Shown piece after piece: positions 9,847-19,755 of a stretch of 64,000 nt of DNA. The stretch is from an uncultured Nitrospiraceae bacterium (GTDB lineage Bacteria > Nitrospirota > Thermodesulfovibrionia > Thermodesulfovibrionales > SM23-35): positions 526,002 through 590,001 of the forward strand of contig CAVSHB010000003.1 in assembly GCA_963727775.1 (NCBI GenBank), given 5' to 3'. Below the pieces are notes generated by a model. The model ran no database searches, was not told where the DNA came from, and saw only the letters and a program-made list of their open reading frames with translations. Both the position numbers and the translations under genes were made by a program. Within the stretch, counting starts at the first letter, position 1. Every line of letters starts with the position of its first letter.

Positions 9847-10074
9847 TTAGATAAGATGCTTAAGGTCTTCTATTCTTAGGTCAGCATCTTTTAATATACT
9901 TTTCAAGACTTTGGGATGAAGGATATCTCCGGAATGATAGGGTACCGTTACTCTCCTGCCAGATTTATTTTTATAAATTTTGTGGCTTCCACTTTGACGG
10001 CTAAGAGAGAACCCGGCCTTTTCTAATGCTCGTATAATATCTGTGGCAGTTACTCGCGGGAGCTTTTCACTCAT
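9847..10074 (-). CDS. hicA: HicA-family mRNA interferase toxin
   Basis: LEKAGF..RQSGSH..VTVPYH motif. Confidence 0.92.
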   Translation of the reverse strand: MSEKLPRVTATDIIRALEKAGFSLSRQSGSHKIYKNKSGRRVTVPYHSGDILHPKVLKSILKDADLRIEDLKHLI

Positions 10075-10295
10075 ACCGCAACTTCTAAGGAAGTTAGGCT
10101 CACTGATTCGGCTTGGGGGATTTCTTCACCGGATGCGATCCGATCTTCGATATGAAGACGTATAGCATCCCTGATGTTTTTTAAAACCTCTTCATAGGTA
10201 TCACCCTGGGTATAACAGCCTTGAAGCTCAGGACAAAAAGCAAAATATCCTTCTTCGTCCTTTTCTATCACTACCGAGAATCTATATCCAGCCAT
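10071..10295 (-). CDS. hicB: HicB-family antitoxin (short form, upstream of hicA)
   Basis: CPELQGCYTQGDTYEE motif; ATGA overlap with hicA. Confidence 0.92.
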   Translation of the reverse strand: MAGYRFSVVIEKDEEGYFAFCPELQGCYTQGDTYEEVLKNIRDAIRLHIEDRIASGEEIPQAESVSLTSLEVAV

Positions 10296-10415
10296 AATTA
10301 TCCTCCTGGAAATATTTACTTTATTTTATCAAATTTAAAATTTTTCTTGACAAAATAAAAATAGTATGCTTTAATTAGTACAAATGTAGTACGAATCTAA
10401 TGCGGGAGGTTTGGG

Positions 10416-10724
10416 ATGGCTTTGAAGAATTACTCAATTAGGTTAGATGAAGAAGAATATGAAAAGCTTAGAAAGTTTCTTAGCGATTATGGAGATCCTG
10501 ATCTTAACATCGGATATGTTATCAGGTCTTATATTAGCGACCTGAATAAGGTGTTGCCCAATATTAAGAAGTCAAGCCTGGGTATTAGAAATAATTTGGC
10601 TGTATGGAGTGCCGCTTTTAGACAGATGGGAAGAGCTGTGGATATCGAGGCCATTGTTAAGGGTGGATCGCTCATTGAACAAATAATGAGTGAAGCAAGA
10701 GAAGAAGGGAAAACAAAGAAATAG
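10416..10724 (+). CDS. Small putative ribbon-helix-helix regulator
   Basis: YSIRLDEEEYEKL N-terminus; GGAGG RBS; first gene ahead of xis-int. Confidence 0.5.
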   Translation: MALKNYSIRLDEEEYEKLRKFLSDYGDPDLNIGYVIRSYISDLNKVLPNIKKSSLGIRNNLAVWSAAFRQMGRAVDIEAIVKGGSLIEQIMSEAREEGKTKK

Positions 10725-10733
10725 TCTACCGTT

Positions 10734-10900
10734 ATGGCTAACAAGTTACTTACATATAAAGACGTTGCTGAAAGATGGCAATTGCCTGTAAATACTCTTC
10801 GTAATTGGGTAATGAAAAAAAGCTTGTGCCTGTAAAGCTTGGTAGTCTTGTCAGGTTTCATGAATCATACATTATTGAACTGGAACAAAAAGGAATTTAA
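10734..10900 (+). pseudogene. Excisionase-like HTH protein, frameshifted in an A7 run (not in ORF track)
   Basis: MANKLLTYKDVAERWQLPVNTLRNWVMKK, then in the shifted frame KLVPVKLGSLVRFHESYIIELEQKGI. One added A at 10815-10821 restores the frame. Confidence 0.75.
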
Positions 10901-10904
10901 ACAA

Positions 10905-12068
10905 ATGGGTATTTTCAAGAAATGGAATAAATCAGATAATCGTGAAGTCTACTATATTGACTACTACGATGAAAATGGTATTCGTCAAAGAGAATGCACC
11001 AGGTCGAGTTCTCATACCTTTGCAAAAGAACTCTTAACAAGAAGAAAAGATGAAGTAGGACAAAGAAAGAAGCTGCCTGAAAGATATACACCGAAAATTA
11101 AATTCACAGATTTTGTTGATAATGACTATCTCCCGATCCATGCCAAGGGCTCTAAGTATGAAGCCAATATTAAGGGTATCTGTAAAAAGTTAAAAAACTA
11201 TTTTGGTGATAATTTCCTGCATGAGATCAATTCCCGTATGGTGGAGATATACAAAAAAGAGCGCATGGTTAAGCGTGCAGACAATACTGTCAATAATGAA
11301 CTCAACACCTTAAGCGGTATTTTTACTAAGGCAATCGAATGGGGAAAGGCTCTAATAAATCCTGTGCATAAGGTTAAGCGGTTCAGGATCAAAGAGAGAA
11401 AGAGGATTTTGGATCATCATGAGCAAGAGGCGTTGATCATTGCAAGCGGTCAAGAGAAGAAGGCTCCATACCTGCAAAACATGGTTATTTTTGATTTATA
11501 TACCGGCCTGAGAAAAGAAGAACTTTTAAATGTGAAATGGTCTGACGTGGATTTTGAGAATAAACAGATACATGTACGGGCCGACATTGCCAAATACAAC
11601 AAAGATCGTTATATAGACTTAACAATCCAGGCTTTGACCGTTCTAAGGTCATTACCTAGAAGGCGTGAATATGTCTTTTGTGATAAGGGGGGGAAACCCT
11701 TTAAGAACTTCAGACGGTCTTTTGAATCTGCCGTTACGAGGGCTACATTGAAAGATGTAGTTATCCATGACCTGAGGAGGACATTCGGGTCTAATTGTGT
11801 CATGGCAGGCGTGTCGTTGGCTACAGTTCAAAAATGGATGGGTCATGCATCCATAAACACGACCATAAAGCATTATGGCCATTTAGCACAATCTTTCAGA
11901 AAGGAGGAAGTGAAAAAACTGGAAGGAAGGATGGACACCTGTATGGACACCTGGTTAAAAGACGCTACAGAAAAAGCTTGTAAGTCCTTGAAAAATATGG
12001 TACCCCCTGCAGGAATTGAACCTGCGACACCAGGTTTAGGAAACCTGTGCTCTATCCTACTGAGCTAA
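10905..12068 (+). CDS. Tyrosine integrase of the small element (reads through att into the tRNA antisense)
   Basis: TGLRKEE, HDLRRTFG, MGHAS..TIKHY motifs. Confidence 0.93.
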   Translation: MGIFKKWNKSDNREVYYIDYYDENGIRQRECTRSSSHTFAKELLTRRKDEVGQRKKLPERYTPKIKFTDFVDNDYLPIHAKGSKYEANIKGICKKLKNYFGDNFLHEINSRMVEIYKKERMVKRADNTVNNELNTLSGIFTKAIEWGKALINPVHKVKRFRIKERKRILDHHEQEALIIASGQEKKAPYLQNMVIFDLYTGLRKEELLNVKWSDVDFENKQIHVRADIAKYNKDRYIDLTIQALTVLRSLPRRREYVFCDKGGKPFKNFRRSFESAVTRATLKDVVIHDLRRTFGSNCVMAGVSLATVQKWMGHASINTTIKHYGHLAQSFRKEEVKKLEGRMDTCMDTWLKDATEKACKSLKNMVPPAGIEPATPGLGNLCSILLS

Positions 12069-12074
12069 GGGGGC
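11998..12074 (-). tRNA. tRNA-Arg (anticodon CCT)
   Basis: 77-nt cloverleaf: acceptor GCCCCCT/AGGGGGT, anticodon arm CAGGT-TTCCTAA-ACCTG, T-loop TTCAATT, encoded CCA. Confidence 0.96.
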
Positions 12075-12135
12075 ACGCGGGTTTACACGTTATTATACAT
12101 CAAAACGTGACAAAAACGTGATAACCCGGCAGACA

Positions 12136-13227
12136 CTATGCCCTATTCCGTCTGGCCTTACTTTTATCCTTTTTCTTATCCAAGACCGTCACGCTATCCC
12201 TGAGCGATTCAGGGCAATGATGTGCGTATCTCTGTGTCGTCGATATGTCTTTATGGCCCAAAAGCTTTGAGATTTTGAGAAGATCAACCCCAGCCTGTGC
12301 CAGTCTTGAAGCAAAGGTATGCCTAAGATCGTGAAAACGACAGTGAGCGATTCCGGACTCCTTAACGGCCCTCCTAAACGCCCTCTTAAGGGCATCGGCC
12401 TTGATCATGCCACTGTTCACATCGCAAAAAACACAACCTGACATGTTGCCTGCTTGAGCACGCCTTTTCAGGAGGTCATAGGCGGTCTTGTTAAGGGGGA
12501 TTGTCCTCATATTCGAGGCGTCCGACCCGTTTGATCCGCACCTTTTTGACCTTTGCTTGCGCGTCTTCTCCCTGCCAGTAGTAAGAGTTTTACCGAAAAG
12601 ATCGACTTGAGACCATTCCAACTTCAAAATCTCTTCCTGGCTGAGGCCAGTATTAAGGTCGAGCACGATAATGTCGGGAAGCTGATCGTTGAGTTTACCT
12701 TGGGCTGAACAGAGAAGCTTTTCCTCTTCTTCCCTTGTTAACCACCTGTCTATTTCGCCCGCTTTGAGCATGATTCTCTTTGCGTCTTTAATCGGGTTTG
12801 TCCTTGACCACTTTACGGTGTTAAAGGCGTGGCTCAGCAATCTCACCTCATTTAAGATGGTCGAGTCTGCTGCCCCCTCGTCCAGTCGCTTCTTTTTGTA
12901 GTCATCGACTAAGTCCGATGTTATGCTGCTCAGCGGCAATCCCGAAAAAAAGCTATTAAGATGAGGAAGAGCATCTTTCTTGCGCTCCAGAGTGGATGAT
13001 TTGTCCACAATCTTAGAAAAATATACCTCCATCATCTCATCAAAAGTTCTCCTTCTGGCTTCTTCGATATCGAACCACTTTCCTTCGATTATCAGCGTCT
13101 CGACCTTGGCCAGAATTTTCCTCGCCAGTTTTTCGTCAGTGGTTTCAGTGGAGCGGCGATACTGTTGACCGTTAACAGCAAAACGCATCCACCAGACCTT
13201 ACTGTCTTTACGCCTGTACAGTCCCAT
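12136..13227 (-). CDS. Tyrosine integrase of the right-hand island
   Basis: HDLRHTFAS and LGHKDISTTQRY motifs. Box I reads TGLSQEE (Ser where Arg is usual). AGGAGG RBS before the ATG at 13227. Confidence 0.9.
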   Translation of the reverse strand: MGLYRRKDSKVWWMRFAVNGQQYRRSTETTDEKLARKILAKVETLIIEGKWFDIEEARRRTFDEMMEVYFSKIVDKSSTLERKKDALPHLNSFFSGLPLSSITSDLVDDYKKKRLDEGAADSTILNEVRLLSHAFNTVKWSRTNPIKDAKRIMLKAGEIDRWLTREEEEKLLCSAQGKLNDQLPDIIVLDLNTGLSQEEILKLEWSQVDLFGKTLTTGREKTRKQRSKRCGSNGSDASNMRTIPLNKTAYDLLKRRAQAGNMSGCVFCDVNSGMIKADALKRAFRRAVKESGIAHCRFHDLRHTFASRLAQAGVDLLKISKLLGHKDISTTQRYAHHCPESLRDSVTVLDKKKDKSKARRNRA

Positions 13228-13318
13228 AACTATAATCCTCCTTTCCTGCCCTCCGTGGGGCATAGGGACCAACAAGGCTTGAAAACACCATGTTAAATTA
13301 TACAAGAAATCAAGCCCG

Positions 13319-13642
13319 TTAGCCCCTTTGTTTACCTAGAACTAAACTTTTCGCACGTTTAATAATGAGATTGACCTCGCCCACTTGCGAAGGCCTATCG
13401 GTTTGTTTCTTCCCTCCTTTCTGTCTGAGAATATCCGGTTTCTTTTGATCTACTCCGAAAGTTTTGTCTTTTATCCATTCTGTTAGAAGACGTTCAGGAT
13501 ATCTGACAGCTCTGCCTGAAAGCTTAACGAAAGGAATCTTTTTGGCAGAAGTCCATTTGCGAATGGTTATGAGTTCCACATTCAGCCAGTCGGCAACTTC
13601 TTCTGCGATCAGCATCCTTCCCAGATCTATCAGCACGTTCAT
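13319..13642 (-). CDS. Excisionase-like HTH DNA-binding protein
   Basis: AEEVADWLNV..TIRKW...IPFVKL..AVRY motif; directly upstream of the integrase. Confidence 0.8.
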   Translation of the reverse strand: MNVLIDLGRMLIAEEVADWLNVELITIRKWTSAKKIPFVKLSGRAVRYPERLLTEWIKDKTFGVDQKKPDILRQKGGKKQTDRPSQVGEVNLIIKRAKSLVLGKQRG

Positions 13643-13666
13643 ATTAATAGGAACCTCTAATAGATA

Positions 13667-14581
13667 TTACTTTCCGCTTTCCTCAAGCTTTGCAAAGAAC
13701 TGTTCGAGTCCACGTTGGATTTCACGCTTGCCCTCCGCTGTGATTTTTTCTTTCTTGGCATGCCGTGCAGTGAATATAAGTTCGTCATTTCGGACATTAA
13801 TACTGAACGAATTGTCTATTCTGCGGGGAGTTCTATTTACGGCGAGTAGCATGAAATATTTGATGGCGCTCTTTAACCCTTCGTTGTTGACAAACTCGAA
13901 GAACTTTTCACGGGATTCCGAGTTCTCAATATTTTCAAAAAGAGTAGCCATCATTTCAGCAGTTTTGAAGTCGATGAACTCTGCCTGAAGTTCAAACATA
14001 GAAGCCAGGGCTGGAGAAGCGTAGAGTACCCTGTATATCCTCATATACCGCTCAACGATCCTCAGGCAAAGGCCCAGTTCGGATGCAACCCGTTCAATGT
14101 CTTTTAATTCATTAAACAGTTCTCCTATTGCTCGGGTTTTCTCAACGACATTTAAATCTTCGCGCTGCAAATTCTCTAACAGAGCAAGAATCCGCATTTC
14201 ATTGTCCGATGCTTCCTTTACAACAACCGGTATCGATGATAACCCGGCAATTCTCGCAGCCCGAAGCCGTCTTTCTCCTGCAATGAGTTCGTATCTTAGG
14301 GGAGATACGGAAACTCGTCTGACCAAAACTGGTTGCAGGATACCTCTAATCCTAATGGACTCGGCAAGTGCTTTAAGCTTTTCCTCTGCGAAGAGCCTTC
14401 TGGGCTGCGATGGATTATGGGCTATCTGCTCAATAGGGATGAGCACCGTCTTCCCGTTCTCAGATGGTACTATATCTTTCTCCGGTTGTTGGAGACCGCT
14501 CCCATTATTCCCCAGAATCTTTTTCAAGGTTTCATCAGTCCGTTTTGAAAACAAGTTCCTAATTCCTTTTCCCATCGTCAT
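13667..14581 (-). CDS. parB: ParB/RepB/Spo0J partition protein
   Basis: NPSQPRR, GILQPVLVR, IAGERRLRAA and ENLQREDL motifs. Confidence 0.92.
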   Translation of the reverse strand: MTMGKGIRNLFSKRTDETLKKILGNNGSGLQQPEKDIVPSENGKTVLIPIEQIAHNPSQPRRLFAEEKLKALAESIRIRGILQPVLVRRVSVSPLRYELIAGERRLRAARIAGLSSIPVVVKEASDNEMRILALLENLQREDLNVVEKTRAIGELFNELKDIERVASELGLCLRIVERYMRIYRVLYASPALASMFELQAEFIDFKTAEMMATLFENIENSESREKFFEFVNNEGLKSAIKYFMLLAVNRTPRRIDNSFSINVRNDELIFTARHAKKEKITAEGKREIQRGLEQFFAKLEESGK

Positions 14582-15318
14582 ATCCTCCCTTCAATTATTC
14601 GTTCTTTAATAGATATTACTTATGGCTCGGAAATGAGCTTTTTGGAGTAATTCTGATACGTCGTCATCTATAACGGTCTGATATCTGATCTGACTTCCAA
14701 GGCAAAAGACGGGTGCAAATTCAGGGGTGTGCCGTTCCGCCGAAAATGACCCGGCGACATGATGTCTGAGAGCATTTGGGATCTCATTTTTCATAGACAA
14801 CATTATGTCGGAAATATGGTTTCAACCCTCAGGTTGCCCCTCAGGATACTCGTAAGGTCATTATCAACTCAAAAACGAGGAAGTTCTTTATAATTCAAGG
14901 TATTACAAGCTGACAGCAAAGCCCGACTATATACTATTTTGTCTTATCATTAAAAAGCGAAGCGTTATTGCCATCCAAAGCCACATACCAAGTTCTGTAA
15001 TGTATCTTTAGAAAATAAATTCACATCCTCAAGTTCTCATTCTCGCAGCCATCCCCACCGCCTTTCTTGCGCATGTTTTTCAGTATTCTGCCGGTCTTCA
15101 TTCTTGTGTCTCTGAATTCTTAGTCGAATGACAAATAACACATTCCCAAGCCATGCTTTCGCATTGAGTCACACACATCAATGGCGATATCTTGATGATC
15201 CATTCCTTTTCATCTTCTCTTACCAACATCATCCCCTATTAGCTGTCCTGATCATCACCTTCCTTAATATTGTTGTTTTCCTCTTAGCAGCGCTGAGCCT
15301 TTTGTAATATCTATATAG

Positions 15319-16059
15319 ATGGCTGAGATAACTAAGAGAGATATCAAGTTGTTTAGGGTTATGGCCCTCGGCGTTTCGAATCTGGAGATGATAATGTCAC
15401 TTCTCCCTGATTTGTTTGGAATCAAAATAAGCCGGTATGCCATAGAAAAACGGTTGTCGCTCCTCAGGGCAGACGGCTACATCATTAGCAGGAAATACAT
15501 GCGCCTAAAGCAGCATGGTCACAAAACTCTCTATTCACTGACGAAAAAAGCAGTAGTAGTTCTTACTTCTTTAGGACACCCGGTTGAGCGAATCCGCTAT
15601 GGCTTACCGGAAGACATCATGGCGTTGCATGAACTTGCAATTACAGAAACTCTACATACAATAGCTATGGAGGCGTCTCAAGGTCTCTATAACTTTGTAT
15701 CTACAGACTCCACGGTTTTAAAGCAGTTGCGCCAAAAATGGTCTGGAGATCTTATCCCCGACTTGCATCTGGAACTTTCCTTTAAGGATGGCAGGAAAAC
15801 AACCGTAAACGTGGAAATCGATATGGGGACAATCCTGCTGCATAAAATGCGCAACCGCCTTCGACTATTGTCTGCAGGTGACGATTTGGTGTTGGTGCTG
15901 TGTAAAGTGGAATCACGCATTAAAGGTCTCCGGGAAGCTTATATTTACAAGCCAGAGCTTGTTTATTTCGTGTTACAAGAGGATTTCAATAACGGAGGGT
16001 TTGGGAACACCAGACTCATGAACATCAACGGAGAAGCGATGCGCCTGAAATTGCATTGA
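15319..16059 (+). CDS. Replication-relaxation (Replic_Relax/MOBC-like) protein
   Basis: wHTH N-terminus (TKRDIKLF..RLSLL..GYI), HELAI, IPDL, VEIDMGT. Confidence 0.7.
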   Translation: MAEITKRDIKLFRVMALGVSNLEMIMSLLPDLFGIKISRYAIEKRLSLLRADGYIISRKYMRLKQHGHKTLYSLTKKAVVVLTSLGHPVERIRYGLPEDIMALHELAITETLHTIAMEASQGLYNFVSTDSTVLKQLRQKWSGDLIPDLHLELSFKDGRKTTVNVEIDMGTILLHKMRNRLRLLSAGDDLVLVLCKVESRIKGLREAYIYKPELVYFVLQEDFNNGGFGNTRLMNINGEAMRLKLH

Positions 16060-16291
16060 TAGAAAAACGACTGGCGTCGGGCTTGGATTTTCCGACATCA
16101 TGTCGTGATACATGAGTGGTGCGTGGTATTTGACCTTGGTAATTGGATTTAAGATCAGATAGAAGAGCACGAGTAATATCTTACTGAAGGCATAGGGTGG
16201 GATACTGCAATTTCAGAAGAGGAGGGTATGAGTGTGTCGCCCGTGATACCAACTTTCTAAGGTAGAGATATTCAGATCAAAGGAGAAAGCA

Positions 16292-16798
16292 ATGGAAAGG
16301 AGAATTCAGCAAATAAATGCGGACAAGAAGCTGAGCCATGAAACTCGTGTCAAAAAAGTGGCAGCAGCAATAAGACGAGACAAAGCACAGTTTCTGAAAA
16401 GATGTTATTTTTATCCATATTGGGTAATTGATGTTTGTGCAACAGAAAGAAAGAAATGTTATGCGGATCTCACTGTCTCGACCGACCTAATTAGTACGGA
16501 CGGCAAAACACAGGTTACGTATTTAAAAATTGAGATAGATGAATATAGTGATTTCAAAAGATTGATACGTAAAATGATGCGCATGACGGGCACCGGCATC
16601 GTACTAAGCGCAACGACTTACAGGATTAACAAATTATTAAAAGCGTACATTGCCTTACTTGGGAAAGAAAAGATGGTTGCTGATGGGATCTTCTTTGGCC
16701 TAATAAATGATTTTATCCGTGGTGGTCTCCTCGCGACGACCTTTTGGACCTTGGACGGGACGACATTGCATTTTCAACCGAAGCCAGAAACGGCTTAG
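16292..16798 (+). CDS. Hypothetical protein resembling the C-terminal half of the Replic_Relax-like paralogues
   Basis: YADL..KIEID and C-terminal FFGLINDFIRGGLLAT pattern. Confidence 0.45.
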   Translation: MERRIQQINADKKLSHETRVKKVAAAIRRDKAQFLKRCYFYPYWVIDVCATERKKCYADLTVSTDLISTDGKTQVTYLKIEIDEYSDFKRLIRKMMRMTGTGIVLSATTYRINKLLKAYIALLGKEKMVADGIFFGLINDFIRGGLLATTFWTLDGTTLHFQPKPETA

Positions 16799-17026
16799 GC
16801 TTCTCATCATGAACTTAAGGATTGATTCTGAGTCCGGTATGCAACTAATAAAACTGGAAGGAACATTGAGTTCATGCGTCGTGCCTGAGTGGACCGGTGA
16901 GCCAACTCTGTGCACAAAGAATAGGTGCGTGCCGCTCGTCAATGCTAACTTTTTTCTTTGATGTAGCATATGCTAAAATGTCTAAATCTCACAAAAATTC
17001 TTTAAATTTTGAGGGAAGTACTCAAG

Positions 17027-19378
17027 ATGAATGAAAAGCAAAAAAATGATGATTTTTACGAAAGGGAAGATTGGACGCTGTTCAGAAATCCCGAAACCTT
17101 ACCGCAGAAAGCCGGTGTCCGCTCATTTTATATCCCAAAACTTGTTGCCAAAGAACTTGCCGATAATGCCCTTGATTCAGCCGGTCCGGGTAGCAAATGT
17201 CAAGTAGGCCTCATTGACAATGGTTTTTTTATTGAGGATAACGGACCCGGCATAATAAAGAGCGACGAAGGTATTGCTCGCCTGTTCTCTATGAAAAGAC
17301 CTATGACGTCTTCAAAGCAATTCCGCTTGCCGACGCGTGGCGCCCTAGGAAACGGGTTAAGGGTCGTGACAGGAGCCGTCTTCTGTTCTAAGGGCAGCCT
17401 AAAGGTCTCAACAAGTGGCAGAGCTTTAGAACTTATGCCGAGATATGATGGTTCTACAGATTTCAAGAGGATAGGCTCGTTTGATGGTCAAGGGACGAGA
17501 ATTGACGTAACCCTGCCAGGATACGATACAGAGGATTGTCTACTCTGGGCGGAGTGGGCGATTGCATTTGCAGGAGGTGAGCATTACAAAGGTAATACAT
17601 CAGCACACTGGTACAGTTTGGAATCCTTCATTGAATTGCTCCGTTCTGCGCCAGAAGATAAGGAAGTTGCAGAATTTATAGCGGGATTTGACGGTTGCTC
17701 AGGAAAGAAAGCGGGGCAAATCGCAGGTAACCTCAGATCTAAGCCAACAAGATCTCTTACCGACGATGAGGCCAGACAGTTACTCCTAAATGCAAGGAGT
17801 GTCTCCAAACAAGTCAATTCCAAAAGACTTGGGTACGTGGGCAAGATTGGCGGATATACACTCCCTGAAAAAAAAGCGGGCTTATATAGGAAGGTTTCTC
17901 AGCATTACGGAATAGACTCAATCGTACCGTATATTGTGGAGGTATGGGCGAAGCCAAGTGAGGATTCTAACGTTCATTTTTTCGTGAACAGGACGCCTGT
18001 TGCTGCCTCATCTGAGTCATACTGCTTTTTCGACCAGGAAGAGAAGAAACTGACAGTGAATGGATGCAATCTTTACTTTACCGTCGAGGGGAAAAGGGAA
18101 ACAACTCTATTGATCAGCGTTATAACACCTTATATGCCTCTCACTGATGATAATAAGAAGCCAGATCTAAATAATATGCGCAAAGACATAGTAGCAACAG
18201 CTCAGAAAGCAACGAAGAAGGCATCAAGGCTGAAGAAAGACGCCTCAGATTCTGAAAAGGAAAAGAATCAGAAAGAAGTAATCCTTAGTAATCTTGACCC
18301 GGGCATTTCAAAGGCAAGCGATGAAGGACATTATAGATATTCTGAAAGACAATTATTCTATGTGCTAAGACCTTTGTTGATGGAAGTCAGCAAGGACCCC
18401 GACTTCAATTACTTTAAGAAGGTGATCGCCGCTCATGAAAAAGAAATCGGTCATGACTTGCCAGGCATTTACAGGGATGAAAGAGGGTCAATCTATATAC
18501 CGCACATAGGGCAGCGCATTCCCTTGGGCACCCTTAAGCTAGAAAAACATATCCATCAAAAATATCTTTGCAACAAAGCCTTATACATCGAAAAGGAAGG
18601 TTTTTTTGAAATACTGATAGCTGAAAAATGGCCTGAAAAACACGATTGTATTCTTCTCACCTCAAAGGGTTTTGCATCTAGAGCTGCTAAGGATTACTTA
18701 GACATGATAGGTGAGACCGAAGAGGAGATACTCTTTTTTTGCGTTCATGATGCGGATGCGTATGGAACTACCATCCACCAGTCCCTTAGAGAGGAAACGC
18801 AGACTCGAGCGAGCCGCAAAGTCTATGTCGAGAACCTTGGACTAGACCCGTGGGAAGGCATTCAAATGGAATTGCAGGTTGAAAGAGTCGAGGATAAGAC
18901 ACCGCGTGGCAATAAAAGAAAAAGAAAACCCGTGGCACAATATATAAAGGAGGAGTTCAAGGTACTTCCACCAGTCGACTATTACTGCAGCACTTGGGAT
19001 GATTGGTTACAGGACTATAGAATAGAACTTAATGCGATGGATACCCCCACATTTCTTCAATGGCTGAACAATAAGATGGTTCAGTATGGTAAGGGCAAGC
19101 TAATCCCTCCCACTGAAGTCTTGTCGGCAACCCTTAAGGAGGAGAGTACAACGCAACTAAACAGGGCATTATATGAGCAGATAAATGCAAAGCTGAAGAT
19201 TGATGAGAGAGTGGAAAAAGAAACGCGAAAGCTCCTTCCAAAGGTGTTGAGCGAAACTGAAACTTTGAGCAAAACTTTACCTGCGCTGATCGAGAAGGAA
19301 CTTTCAGAAAAGCAGTGGGAATCATGGAAAGATCCGGTAAAAAGACTGTCCTATAAATTAATAAAAAAAGTGCTCTGA
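17027..19378 (+). CDS. Fused type IIB topoisomerase (GHKL ATPase plus Topo VI-A/Spo11-like domain), Topo VIII-like
   Basis: ELADNALD, EDNGPGI and RGALGNGL (GHKL); RQLFY, IEKEG, TSKGF, HDADAYG and RIELNA (WHD/TOPRIM). Confidence 0.82.
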   Translation: MNEKQKNDDFYEREDWTLFRNPETLPQKAGVRSFYIPKLVAKELADNALDSAGPGSKCQVGLIDNGFFIEDNGPGIIKSDEGIARLFSMKRPMTSSKQFRLPTRGALGNGLRVVTGAVFCSKGSLKVSTSGRALELMPRYDGSTDFKRIGSFDGQGTRIDVTLPGYDTEDCLLWAEWAIAFAGGEHYKGNTSAHWYSLESFIELLRSAPEDKEVAEFIAGFDGCSGKKAGQIAGNLRSKPTRSLTDDEARQLLLNARSVSKQVNSKRLGYVGKIGGYTLPEKKAGLYRKVSQHYGIDSIVPYIVEVWAKPSEDSNVHFFVNRTPVAASSESYCFFDQEEKKLTVNGCNLYFTVEGKRETTLLISVITPYMPLTDDNKKPDLNNMRKDIVATAQKATKKASRLKKDASDSEKEKNQKEVILSNLDPGISKASDEGHYRYSERQLFYVLRPLLMEVSKDPDFNYFKKVIAAHEKEIGHDLPGIYRDERGSIYIPHIGQRIPLGTLKLEKHIHQKYLCNKALYIEKEGFFEILIAEKWPEKHDCILLTSKGFASRAAKDYLDMIGETEEEILFFCVHDADAYGTTIHQSLREETQTRASRKVYVENLGLDPWEGIQMELQVERVEDKTPRGNKRKRKPVAQYIKEEFKVLPPVDYYCSTWDDWLQDYRIELNAMDTPTFLQWLNNKMVQYGKGKLIPPTEVLSATLKEESTTQLNRALYEQINAKLKIDERVEKETRKLLPKVLSETETLSKTLPALIEKELSEKQWESWKDPVKRLSYKLIKKVL

Positions 19379-19755
19379 AGAGTTTAGCAGACTTCTGAAA
19401 AAATCTTTTTTTTCAGAGGAGAGTTTTCTTGGTCTTGAGATCCTCAAGTTCTGCAAGCAACCCGGGCATTTATTACGCACTTAAACATAGGTTTTGCCAA
19501 AGCCTACCTGATTGCGGTGCGGCCTCCTCGCTAACTTTGTGGATTGAGTGTCGTGCCGAAGCGATACTCCTTCATCACTTTTCAAGATCTTCTGGCATGC
19601 TTACCAGCCCGTCTGCGAAAAATAGGCTTTTATTCCTTTTACCATAGAAAACCCGCTTTCGATGCCTATCTTACATGAGTTAAAAGCAATGCAAACCCAC
19701 ACGCAGTGTATGTTTTTTCCCCCCGATAGCTAATATCCAGCAGCGGGGTAACATT

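Larger units (their letters stand above)
6392..11997. mobile_element. 5.6 kb tRNA-Arg-integrated element with rolling-circle Rep
   Basis: Bounded by the att repeats; contains rep, cargo genes, hicBA, a regulator, xis and a tyrosine integrase. Confidence 0.88.

Noticed and set aside
14606..14803. Possible parA remnant upstream of parB
   Set aside because: No Walker A or other ParA motif is visible.
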